From Nageia nagi (lineage: Eukaryota; Plantae; Pinophyta): a stretch of DNA of 64,000 nucleotides. Positions 39,998 through 52,093 of this stretch are shown here, one piece after another; position 1 is the stretch's first letter, and every line of letters begins with the position of its first letter. The notes under the pieces are model-generated. The model had not been told where the DNA came from. It worked only from the letters and a program-made list of their open reading frames with translations, and searched no databases. The position numbers were made by a program, and so were the translations under genes. Location of the stretch: assembly GCA_050084985.1 (NCBI GenBank), contig JBITNC010000001.1:105338001-105402000 (forward strand). The letters run 5' to 3'.

Positions 39998-40092
39998 ATT
40001 ATATATCTTGGAAGCCTGATGGACCAACATGTCATACAGGTGCAGAGACATGTTATTTTACTGCAGCTTCTGATTTTGTTAAAAATCCAGAG
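39998..40092 (+). CDS. HISN2: HISN2 exon 3 (HisI C-terminus; contains a 1-nt deletion frameshift)
   Basis: ttttcag|ATT ATA TAT CTT GGA, then KPDGPTCHTGAETCYF in a different frame; 95 nt; donor GAG|GTACTT. Confidence 0.93.
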
Positions 40093-40290
40093 GTACTTGA
40101 ACTTCCTTATGAGATGTGTTCACATTGCTTGCAAATTAAAAGCGCATTGCTATGCTCATAGAAAAGAAACTTCCCATAAGCTAAGCGTTAATTCAACAAG
40201 AGTCAGTTATTTGAGAAACATTGATGCTTTCAAGGTCAATCTACTTGTTGGATCTTTTGAAGAAATTTCTTATTCATTAAAATTTCTTAG

Positions 40291-40433
40291 GATGAAGTAA
40301 AAAGGATGCCGCGTACATCACTTTTTTCCCTGGAGTATATTATTTCTCAACGAAAATCAGATGCAGTTGGTGGAAAGCCTTCGTGGACAAAAAAGTTACT
40401 GAATGATGAGCAGCTACTTTGCTCAAAAATACG
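40291..40433 (+). CDS. HISN2: HISN2 exon 4 (start of PRA-PH / HisE domain)
   Basis: tttcttag|GAT; DEVKRMPRTSLFSLEYIISQRKSDAVGGKPSWTKKLLNDEQLLCSKI(R); donor CG|GTATGC, phase 2. Not in the ORF track. Confidence 0.93.
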
Positions 40434-43149
40434 GTATGCATCTATCTCTTCTTGTAGAGGAATGCTTGTTTGAGAAGACTTAGATATTTCATATTTCTTT
40501 TATAAATATCTATATATATTGGATATTTGTTTTTAATGAATTCTATCTCTTGCATCTATGTCTGGATCGTTTTCTTATAGATGCGGATGATGAGATGTTC
40601 TTTTGAGGTGCTTGATTTTTCTTTTTGTATTATGTTGGCTACAAATTTAGAATTACTGTTAAATTTTGATATCTCAATCAAATGCTGATGGTGAGAACAG
40701 TTAAATAGACACACAAAGTCACGTACTTCAGCTTTCTTGAACAAGAATTGAAAGTCTTGTAACATGTTTTAAGCCATTTTGTTTAGTGAAGGAGTGGTCA
40801 ATCTTTGTTTGTGTCTTCTTGAATACGTGTGACAGGCTCTCACAATTCTGTTCGCAGAACATTTTAGAAGCTTTGAAAAATGAAAAAAGTAATATTGAAA
40901 TTCAGCTGAAGCTGTCCAGAGAACAGTTAGTCACTTACCTGTATGAGTATATTCTCCCATTTAGTTAGTCAGTCATCTGTATTAGTATATTTCCCCATTG
41001 TTGAACAGAGATGATTACGTGGAGGATCAAAACATGCCTCCAGATTGTTGGAATTGGTCAATGTATCAAAAACTCACCAGAAAATTGGCTCTGGGATGCC
41101 CTTGTGATTGCTCCCAAGGAACAGAGGAGTTTAGGAAATTTCCAATGACTGTTTGATTGCGTTTCATCCAACCAGTGAACTGGTTGATTCCACAGAGTTC
41201 CCCTATGGGTCCATTAATTAGAAAACAACAAAAAATAACAATTTTTATTTGCAAGGCCCTGCTGTACTATACAAAGAACCTTAATGGCCTCCATAGCCAT
41301 GAAAATGCATTTGAAAGAGAAGCAGCAGTGTTTCTGAAATAGATGTTGGATTTTAGCATTGAGCAATTTGTACAATTATTATGCTTGTAATTTGATCAAT
41401 GGAATTTTGTCTTTTAGTTTCTCTCCTTGTTTTGAGATTTGTCTCTTCAAGTTTTTACTTGTAGCCCTCCATTTCAAGCAATCTAGAACAGAAAAAATTG
41501 AAAACGACACCATCAGCAGCTACAGTGAAACTCTAGTGGTTAGCTTAAATGGTAGAAGTATATCATGGCATAACAGAAACTAGGATGCCAAATGGTGTGG
41601 GTTCCATAAAACCACTCATATGGACTGTAGCCAAATTAGCAAAAGGCCCTTTTAATTCCTTTTTCAGTTTGTCAGCAAACAAAAACAGCAAGTGCCCCCA
41701 AAAAGCAACGAGTCATATTTATGTCTTTGTAGCATTTGTAAACAGCATATTTATGTAAGCTGAAGCAAATATTTATTCATGTAGTTGGCAGAGGAGTGAA
41801 CCTATGGAGTAACTTAATCATGATTTCAAATCAAAAGTGCCGAGGTTGCAAATGGCAACGGCTATAAGAGCTACAAAATGTCTCTTGCCAACTATGTAGA
41901 GTAGAAAAATTGTTTTGCAATTTGGCTTTGCAGAACTGCAATGCAAAGAAATAGAATCTTCTCAAAGAAAGGCTGTGGTAGATATTAGCATGCTAACAAA
42001 AATATATGGCATTCAACACGAAGATGCAGTTGGTGCTAGCATCCTTTGTGCAACACTAATGACTCTACAACTTCTCCCTATGAGGTCAAGATTATTCAAA
42101 GACCTAGACTATGCTGTAATTTCATCTCACTAGTTTTATAACTCACACTACAATTATGTAGTGGAATACTTTTCGTTCTCTTTAGATCTGCTAGCAAATG
42201 CTTATACAACAAGGAGCTCGACAATTCTAGTCCAAGCCACCTAGATCACACTCCCAGGATACTCCTTACCATTCGGCCAACTAACACACCATATACTTTC
42301 TAATGCCCATTGCTTGTAGTCATGAACCATTAGTGAACGAGCTATCCTAAGATGCCCATACATCTTATTTCCCATTTTGCTATATGCTTACATGGACCTA
42401 AGGCTTCATCCATTATTGTATAAACTCGAACCTACTTATGATGCCTTATCCCTAGTCAGAGCCTCATGCTTCAACACCAAGTCCTTTAAGCTTGCATACC
42501 TCTTTGTACATGTTGTGATTCAGAGCCCATGTCAAGTTCTTTACTCAACATACTGTGCCAATCACCTTAATCCGACATTATGCTTAATCCTTTACCTCAT
42601 ATGGTTTAGTATCCAACTTCTTTGAAGAGCACTGGCTTGCACTCGTCCCTTGAATCATGCAAATGTGCTTTTGACTGATGCTGAAAACAATTATTGATGA
42701 GCCTCTAAACTGTCTATTTTATACCCCATTTTGCCTGATGATACTTATGTTTTCAACTTTTCCCCATGAGAATGCTGTGTATAGTGCTTAACTACATAGT
42801 AAATGGCAATATTTGTATTTCTTTGAAAGATGGTCTTAATTAGTTGTTTTTATGAATAAATTAATTAGTATTTTTTTATGAATAAATAGATGATATATTT
42901 GGATTTCACTGATAATCTATGTGTTGATGTTACTAATCCTTCACACCCTTGAGTAACTCTATGTCTTTTTGATACAAGTAAAGACTTACAACGATAGGTG
43001 AGATGATCTACAGATAGATTCTTTTCATTTGTGTTCTTATCTTCTACAGAACTGTGGCTTCAAAATAATTTTTCTGTAGATATGGAACCAAGTGAAGCAA
43101 TTGTGAACTACACAAGTGAGGTTCTATGGAGTGTGTTCTTGAGCTATGA

Positions 43150-43864
43150 AACCAGAAGCCTATGTGGTTGTAGCCATAGCCTCCCATATTGACAATGGTG
43201 TGGTGGCCATAGAGACCATATTGGCATATACTACCCCACTTAGAGTGGTGATGTTGCGATGCCCAGTTAGGCCTTTAAGACGATGCCTTCTATTTCACCT
43301 TAGAAGATAGAATATAGTACTTGTTCCTATACTCTTACTTTGAAAAGAAGAATGGAATCTTTCCCAAAACTCTTGAGTCTTGAATAACATCTTTGCTAGC
43401 CACATTATATCTAGTCATAGCTCCAACACTCCTCCTTAGTTCCATTGAACTCAATTTTGTTATGCACGCTAATCCCTCTTCGAACCAACTACTGATAAGT
43501 CACTCATCTACTACATTTGATTCAGCGGAGCAAAGCATGACTCAATGTACCTTCTGACCCTTCCATATTTACCAAGCATCGACCTGATCCTAGATGTGCA
43601 AAGCCAACTCCTCTTTGTGCAGACTAAACTGGCTTGCCTTAGAACTAGCAAGGGAAACTTTTCTTCAAATTAGTAATTCAATAGACCTCCTGGCTTCCAT
43701 TCAAACCAGTTAAGAATCCAAGTTTTTCCTGGCTATTCTTTCCATTTGAAGTAATTATCCATCTCTGAATCATATCATCTCCCCATCAGAGCTAACAACT
43801 GCATCATGTCCCTAAGAGTACATGCTCTAAACGCCAATATGATATTTATCTTGTGTGTCCTATC
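43150..43864 (-). mobile_element. Decayed copia 3' end (RNase H tail, PPT, start of 3' LTR) flanking copy B
   Basis: Minus strand aaggaggag|TGTTGGAG (PPT 43429-43437, LTR starting 43428), preceded by a ..LRRSV-type RNase H tail. Boundaries approximate. Confidence 0.45.
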
Positions 43865-44165
43865 TATTGTGACTTACGCAACACACTCCAAAATCTTGCG
43901 ATTTTAGGGACCCACGACAACTCAAGTCCGTTCAACATCAGGTCTTTGTCTTGTGTCTCTATAACTCCACCTAATCGGGTATCATGTTTATCACCCCGAA
44001 GCCTAAGTATTGTCAAATCACCTTGTCTTAGTCATGTTATAGTAAAAATTTAAATCTTTCGAGAAATGGCTAAGTTTGAGAATCTTAAGTTTAGTCTAGG
44101 CGAGCCAGGAGAACCCAAGTCAAATCGGAGTTGAGTTAGGTGAGTCTGGGCCACTTCTAGGCCTA

Positions 44166-45131
44166 GCGCATGCCTTAGAAAGACAAAATCTTGCCTTTTT
44201 GGGATGTGCGCTTTGGTTTGGTAGTTGTCCAAGTCGGAATCCAAGTCAAAAAGAGCAAATTGGGCCACTTCCAAGCCCATTGCATGCCTTAGAAAAACAA
44301 AATCTTGTCTTTTTGGGACATGCACTCGCGTTTGGGAGGCGCCCGAGTTGGAACGCAAGATGAGGAAAGCAAACTGGAGGCACGTCAAGTTAGGCTCATG
44401 CCTCAAAAAGACAAAATATTGTCTTTTGGGAGCATGCGCTCAAGCAGGAAGGCCACACAGGTCGAGTTCGGAGTCGAGAAAGTGAACTCCAAGTACCCAA
44501 GAGGTGAGCGCACCCCTCAAAAAGACAAAATCTTGTCTTTTGAGGGCATGCGCTCAAAGCAAAGAGGCACCCAATTCGATCATATGAAAAAATTTGGCTA
44601 AAGCATGGAGCCTCAAAGCCAATAGTCAGCTTGAACATGATCAGAGGGGCAAGCACATGATTTAAAAAGACAATTTTGACTTCCTGAAGCATGTGCCTGA
44701 CTCAGGAAGACATTAGGATGGCAAAAACGGAGAAATTTGTCTAAGTCCTTATTGTAGAAGACTGAAAAGTAGTCAATTTGGGCAGCTGCAACCCAATGCA
44801 TGCCTCAAAAAGACAAAATCTTGTCTTTTTGGGACATGCACTCAAACTGGGAGAGTTGGAAAGATGGGCACATGTGTCAAAAAGACAAAATCTTGTCTTT
44901 TTGAAACATGCGCCTAGCTTGGGGGATGTCTAGGTTGAGTACGATGATCAAATTTGACAAGTTTGGACACCAAAGAGGGCAAAATTGGACAAGTTCAGGT
45001 ATCAGCATGAACGTGAAGGTCAAGACGAATGAGTGGGGGGAGTTAGAAGGATCAACAAGTGAAGAGCATGCATCCTCAAGTTGAGCGCATGCTCCAGAAA
45101 GACAAAGTCTTGTCTTTTCAGGGTATGCGCC
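44166..45131. repeat. Array of eight interspaced palindromic repeats
   Basis: Core AAAAAGACAA-AATC-TTGTCTTTTT (10-bp stem) with GCATG/GCGC arms at 44177, 44291, 44405, 44519 (exact 114-bp period), then 44664, 44807, 44879, 45096. Confidence 0.92.
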
Positions 45132-45506
45132 CATCTTGGAAGGGTTCCTTCACCCCCACGTCTGGTTTCCGATGGCTAGACATGAAATTTCTAGCACGCA
45201 TGCATCTTGAGGTCAGCCAAGATGAATTCCTCCTCATGCATGGTCAACTAGGGTTTCTTGGAGACCTAATTTGGCTAGAAATACAAGTTCGGGGTTCTCA
45301 TTTTCTCAATCTCAAATCATTCTCCTCATCATCTTTTGCACCAAAATCGAAGGAAGAAGACAATTTTTGAATTTTGAATCCATCACATCACCTTTCAAGG
45401 CTTGCACAAGGGGTTGGGAGATGAGACTAAGGCAACGTTGGGGTCTTGGCATCCTTGGAAGAATCGTGCATCTCGTCTGGGGGCTTTTATCATCCACTTG
45501 AGCACA

Positions 45507-48496
45507 ATGACCACTTCCAAAAGCAATTCGGCCAGGGAAATTATGAGAGTTTTAGAGATGTTGAGGCAAGATTGCATAATTTCAATTTGTGAGAGGCAAG
45601 AGCCCCTACCCCAAGGGGCAAGATTCTCTAAGAACGGGTTTGCCACTATCGGAGACACAAACTGGTAGAAGGTAGATCCCATGCAGATGAGAGAGAAGAT
45701 ACATGGCATAGAGATCAACGTATTGAAGCAAGATATTGTATTCTTCTCCGGGCTCTCTACTTGTACCTTCGTCCCATTCATAGCCCCTTTCCCAGAATTG
45801 TGCATAGAAGTGAGCCAGCATTGGCAAAAAGGAGAGAGGGTGTTCTGGGAAATCAAAGGGAATGCCATTCAATGGATGATAGAAGGAAATTTCGAGTATA
45901 GTAAAGCAGAGTCACTTGCATGTTATCAAGACACCAACAAGGCTGTCGTTGCCATTAGGATTTGGATGCTAGATGAGCATCATGGCCTTAAGGGGAATGC
46001 TCTCATCAACACCCCTTGCTCCAACTTCTACCCCTTTGTGGAGTTGATGATTTTGATGTTGTCTAGAATCCTTGGAAAAGAAGATGCATCAAAGTTTAGA
46101 AAGGAATTCTTTGGCTTCATCGTTAGGATAGCTAGGGGAAAGAAGATCAAGTGGAGCAAGGTGTTGAGTGACACCATCGCAAAACAATTGTCATCTATGG
46201 GTACCACACGAAAATTCTACTTCAACTCATACTTGGTGTACTTGTTGATCTATGGCAAGCATAGGTCCCCGGTTCAAGAGGAAGTAGCATGGGTTGAGAA
46301 AGGAACATATGCCATTTGGAAATGCTACCCCAAGTGGAAAGATGAGAGAAGATGGGATAGCATCTTTATGAGAAACAATGGATGGGAGTTTGTGATCTAC
46401 AAGGAGCTTAAAGGAGAAATCACAGTGACCAGTTGCCCATATACGTGAGCAACATATTACTCTTGATGGAGATGATGAGGCAGTTGACCTATTTGCATGA
46501 GCACGAGTGGCATGAGAAATCAGTCGCCTCAAATTTACCGATCATAGTTGGACAATACCAATGCAGAACTTGGGCGGATGTAAATTCAATGAGAGAGGAG
46601 TTAGAGAGATTCAACTTCAGGAAAATGACCACCGCAAATCACTATGATCTGGAGCACAAGATTCATGGCCTCTACATGAAAGAAAGGAAGAGAGGTTATG
46701 AACATAAGCCACTTAGAGAAGATGAGCCATTCAGAAACATAAGTAGTGAGATGGAGATGAAGAAGATTCGTGCTAAGATGCACGAGGATGCTTAGAAGCA
46801 ACAACAGATTGTTGAGGCCACTATTGACAAGAGGTTGTCACAATCAAGAGGGAAGAGACCGCAAGAATCTACATTGAGAATGACCCAGTTTCCCTTGACG
46901 ATTGAAGAACCTCTTGGCCAATATGCTTCCATGCATGGCAAGAATTCGGTTGAGAAGGTAGTACAACAGGTCAAAGACGCCATAGATGAGCATGACAGGA
47001 GAGAGCTAGAAAACATGGCAATCGATAAGATGGTGAGGTGTGTCAGGAATAGAGAAAAAGATTCATGACCTCCGCAAAGACCACCTAGAGGGTCGGTCTA
47101 ATGTCCATCTCCAATCGTCCCTCCATCCGACTCTTCATCCTCTAATCCTTTGTGCGAACCATATGATAGTCAAGGAGAAGGGAAAGAGGGCGAGCAAGAG
47201 AATGAACAAGAAGTTAGCACAACTCCACACAATGATATTTCGGATGCTCAAGAAGAAGAAGAATCCTTGAGAATTTCGAAGGTAGTTTAAAAGCTTGTTT
47301 CTTCGGAGCCTTATATTTCTCAAAGAAAGGGGAAAAGCCCAACTTTTGGGTCATTCCCAAGAAGAGCTCAGTTGGAGAGGACATCTCAGTCTTGGTCATC
47401 AGAAGCATCTAAGGAGAACATGGAAGAAAAGGCCAGGCCTTTGAAGAGGTCCAAGAGGAATGTCGCCATCACTTAAGAACCAATTGTTGAGACCCATCAA
47501 CCATCACCCAATGATGAGTGGGGCATTGATATGGATGAGTGCCTCGATTTTTTTTAACATGGATGTCGGGGAGGAATTTGGAATTAGTGAGGTCAATAAC
47601 AAAATTGGAGAGAGTTCCACTTGTCCGGGTAAGAGTCAGACTTATTGGCATTTGACTGATAACGCAATTCACATCAAAACCATAATTGCTGATAAGGCAC
47701 AATGTTTTGGGGACTTTAAGCAAATAAATCAGATCATCAACACAGGTCCCATTGGCGTGGCTGGTAGGAAGCATGTAATCATATCCAACACAAAGGCGAT
47801 CGCCAAGGATAGGTTGCTAAAAGAAAAGGAGATTAAGAGCCTCAAGGAGTTGGCTGCCCAGAGGAGATTAACTAGAGAGATTGAGTCCGCAACGGTGCCC
47901 CTTGAGGAACTCAAAAGAATAAAGCCTCTAAAGGAGGGCATGATTGTTGTGAAGCAAGAGGTGATCAATGATGTCTTGGTAGTGGTGGTACAATTCATTG
48001 GTGCTTTACATAAGGTCTCATTTGAGGAGCAGAAATTAAAGGATATTGTGGCCAACAGGGTCAACCTCCTCAGGATTTTAGAATCTCAGAAACCCATTAT
48101 AGAAAGATTTCAGATGACCCATAACTAGAGACCCAAGGATGTCAACTTTTGTGGAGACTATTGGTTCTACTTGGGTGTCATACATTAGATAGCTACTCGC
48201 TTCCAAGAAGTCAGGAAGGAGGTTTCCACAATCATGACAAGGCTAGACATCTTCTCCAAAGCTTGCTCATGATATAAGATGTCAACACATATCAGATTGG
48301 AAGTCACCTTAGGCACATGTTGAGAGCTCACGTATAGAAGATCGAGATGTAAAGGTTGATTGCCGAAGTCAGGTGTTGTGTAGCTGGGAATAAAGCAAAG
48401 ACTTCCAAGATGTTATGCAGATTGGAGCTTATTGCAAAGTTCCTAGATGAGGACTTTGAGGATCGAGTCGCGGCCTTGGGGCCATCGTCATCATAG
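45507..48496 (+). pseudogene. Long degenerate ORF (~1000 codons) of unknown function inside the solo-LTR-like element
   Basis: Collinear ORF-track fragments 45402-45668, 45681-46448, 46433-46795, 46835-47068, 47460-48128, ending FLDEDFEDRVAALGPSSS* (TAG 48494-48496). Globular N-half (IGDTNW, FPELC, LSRILG, IKWSKVLSD, FYFNSYLVY, LPIY), acidic low-complexity middle, coiled-coil-like C-half. No RT, IN or transposase catalytic motif recognised. Confidence 0.8.
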
Positions 48497-50257
48497 TTAT
48501 TTTATTTTTTTATGTTATTTTCAAGAAAATTATATATATTTCACAAAATACTTTTATATTATTATTTTATGCCCAAACTTGTGACGGATGAGGATTTGGT
48601 CCCACAAGTTTGGAAGGGATCTTGTAATGCCATGTGGCATCTTATTATTGGACCACTTATGTTTTTCTCGTAATTCGTATTAGGGTTAGGGCAACACTTA
48701 GGGTTGCCATGAAAAACTATTTATAGCCCATTTTGGCTCATTTGTAAGGGGGTTAGACATTTTAACAAATTGAAAAGAAGTTTACTTGAATCACAAAATT
48801 CTCTAAATTTATTAATGTGGTGTATTTATATGTGATTATTGTTATATGCTCTCATGTTGTAATGACAAACTTGAATGAATGATTGGTAGTGTTGTCTAGT
48901 TGATTCTATTGCTACTTTGTGTTAATTCATATCATTTGGTGTATCTTGTAAACCTCATGCAAGGTGGACAAGACAGTACTTTTATATATTTTGAAGTGGA
49001 TGATTGGTATATTGTTTGTAATATTTTGTCATTTACAGTCTCAGGCTTGAATACTTTGAAATGTCTTGTCGATGTTGCTCATATTAGGAACTTCATCCGA
49101 ACCATAAGAGATTACCTCCAGCTCATCTTACACCATTTTTGCCACAGCTCCTTCCACTAGACCATTCATGTTGTTGGCTAGTGGGATGGATCAAGGGTGC
49201 GTGGAACCTACGCCTAGACCAAACAAGTCAACTTTCAAAACCATGTCTCAAGTCCATGAGTACGCATGCTTATAGTCCCATTCAAATACCCATTGTCTCT
49301 CCACCAATTTTTCTTTTTTTTTTTCGCAGTTTTCACTCCCTTTGTTTACTTAAGCATTTTCCGGAACAACATAGTTGAAACACAAGTGCAAACTCAGAGT
49401 CCCTTGAATCCACACATGATATTCATGTTAGTGGCAGCTTCAAACATCTCAGCCAGTCCCTGAATTTATTTTCGCAACTAAGTGAAGCTAGCCTTTGGGG
49501 TGACCAGTCCCCATAGCGGGAAGGAGTAACGTCCTATCACCTAAGGTGTCGGATTTTTTCTCACTACTCTAGGATAGGAAAGAAAAACCACCCAACATTA
49601 TCCATATGTTTGCCTAAGCTATATAGTTGAAACTTGAGGGGCAGGTCTGCCAACCCACCATGATCGATTTTGATCACTAACAACTTTTCACATTTCATGA
49701 CTCAATCAATTTATTGTAATAGGGATGCTATGATCTTTGTGCTGTAGTTCTTGATCATACTTGATGGAGCTTAAACAACTTCCAACTTTTGGATAGGAAT
49801 GCCCACTAGTGAAAGATTCCATTCCTCCATGCTTGTTCAACTCAGTTTTACACAACCAAGTTTCCTGTCTACTACCCAACCTTGCTTATTACACTTGGTG
49901 AGGACAAGCACAACACGATGCTGCAACAAACAGCTATCCCATTCTAGACACCGCCTGATGCACTTGTACATCTGCTCAACATAGCACATTTGTCTTAAGT
50001 AGATTACATATGAACACGGACCACTCCTTACATATCATCGGACATTGATATGAACTGACAAATGTTTCCTCCTGATGACAACTTAATTTGTTGCAGCTTC
50101 AGTCTTCTGAAAACCACAACTGGAGAACCTTATGTCTCCGTGGTCATGAAAATTTATCCATGAGTAAGACTCAGGCCTTTAAGACATTAAGAGCATTGTC
50201 TGAATACCTCTTTATGCCGGCCCAAAATATGCATGGCGAAGTTGACTTATGGTCAAC

Positions 50258-50558
50258 CCTAATGTTGATAACATATCTTTTGCTCAGACTTCAAGTTATC
50301 CCTTCGAGCTGTTTACTTGATAGTTCTGACCCAACTCCTTGTGAGTAGGTCAGCACTAGCACACTTACAAGATTTGGTTTCACAATGGCTTTCCTTTCAT
50401 TATACTTATGTTCAAACCTAATGTTGGTGATATATCTTTTGCTCAGACTTCATTTCATCCCTTCGAGCTGTTTACTTTATAGTTAATACGTCTGATCCAA
50501 ATCCTTGTCAGCATTAAGTCACTTGAAAGTTTTGGTTTCACAATGGCTTTCCTTTCAT
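50258..50558. repeat. Diverged tandem duplication, ~159-bp unit x2
   Basis: cctaatgttg...ttttgctcagacttca...cccttcgagctgtttactt...ggtttcacaatggctttcctttcat starts at 50258 and 50417. Confidence 0.9.
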
Positions 50559-52093
50559 ATTACCTTTTCTGCTTAGTATCACGAAATTATCAGGAATTGA
50601 AGCTGAAGTAATATTGCATGTTGCTTGGTGCATACATATTAAATAATTAATACCATCCTTGCTAGTAAATCAAGTCTAAAAAAGTTAACACAAATGAAGG
50701 ATATGAGAGAAACTTTGGTAGGGGCAGGTTGCTTTGTATCTGTGAATAAACAGACAGTCCAGATGTTAGCACAGAGTCCATTGTCAGTAGCCCCTTCTCA
50801 TACCCTTTGGATGTCCTGGAATGTGAGATGCAACTTTCCAATTTGATTCAAGTTTGTCAATAGCCCCTCCTTGTAGCCCCTTGAACTGTGTTGTGTACAT
50901 GCATACAACAACATTCTAGTCGACCCCAATAAGATTGAAAGCTTCAATGCAATCTAAGATGTTTAAATCCAACAGGTTTCTAGCCATGCAAAGGTATTTG
51001 TATTAAGGAATTCCTCAAGTCTGAAGAAAATACAGATGGGAGTGTAATTTATTTGATTTGAAAGAATGCTCGAAGTGCTGGAGACATTCAGAGTGTGCTT
51101 AACCAGTGGGAAAAGATGGTAAATCTTTGGGAATGTTGAACAAGCGATAGATTGCAATTACATCATGACATTTATAACCCTTGAAATAGAGTTAAACTTA
51201 TATGAAACCATAGATTATTCTAGGCTTGGTACATATTTCCGAGATTTTTAACCTCATATTGGAGATTTGACATAAGTTACCTGAAGCCGTGAAATGTAAG
51301 TATGAAAAATAAGGGATGGTGTCAGAAATATGAAACTCCAAAATTCAACAAATAGAGAAATAAGTCTTAAAGAGTAAAGGAGAAAAGCATCTAACTACTG
51401 TAGACTCATGAGTATACAGCTATTGATAATTTGTGAATTCTATTTTCTTAATTCCTAGCGAGACTCATGAGTAGATTAGACTAGTATATACTAATGATCA
51501 GCGGTCACATATTTCTTCAATTCAGGGCCTTTGCTATATGGATAGGAAACATAACTCTTATCTAAAGTAGTGATGCATTGGACTTCATTAGATGCTTTTG
51601 TCATTTGCAACATGTAAAACGCATTCTTAAGAAAGTAAGTATGAACAGAGTTCCAACAAAAATTCTGTAAAAAGTTCAATCTGATGAACAACTGTCTGAA
51701 GTATCACCGAACTAGCTATTTACCAATTGTATGCTTTTATGATGATTAAAATCATTGAGAACTCTTATCACCCAAAATGTTGTTGAGTCTTTTCTAACAC
51801 CTTAAATTCTAAGGAATAATACAAGTCTTTCTTGCATCTTGACCAGATTGTATGATTGTGTGAAGTAATACATTTTACTTATTTTATTGCATGCCCATTG
51901 CTCTTAGTGATACAATTAGAACTTTGGTGTTCCGCTTCAACTTGTTGGTTTTGCTATTCGTATTTGTATTACATTTGATATGTATTCAGATTCTTCTTCC
52001 ATATGTATTTCTTGTTTCATTACATGCCTTCTGAATATATTTTGTACCAAATGGACTTGGTTTTCCTCTAATAGTTTTCTTTCGTTTTTGCAG

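Larger units (their letters stand above)
43865..49597 (+). mobile_element. Solo-LTR-like element carrying an internal ORF, copy B (5,733 bp)
   Basis: Ends TATTGTGAC (TG mutated; copy A has TGTTGTGAC) and CCCAACA; TSD CTATC / TTATC (43860-43864, 49598-49602). Both termini are homologous to copy A. No internal LTR pair, PBS, PPT, gag or pol. Confidence 0.9.

Noticed and set aside
39970-40020. Alternative acceptor or programmed frameshift rescuing the HISN2 frame
   Set aside because: No nearby AG restores the frame while keeping the conserved IIYLG, and no slippery heptamer is present.
44166-45131. CRISPR array (palindromic repeats with regular spacing)
   Set aside because: Eukaryotic retroelement context, no cas genes, degenerate repeats, and spacers that resemble each other. 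It is a diverged tandem repeat with a conserved palindromic core.
43865-49597. DNA transposon (hAT/Mutator/CACTA) encoding a transposase
   Set aside because: Terminal inverted repeat is only ~5 bp, TG..CA ends with a 5-bp TSD fit LTR integrase, and no DDE motif was recognised in the ORF.
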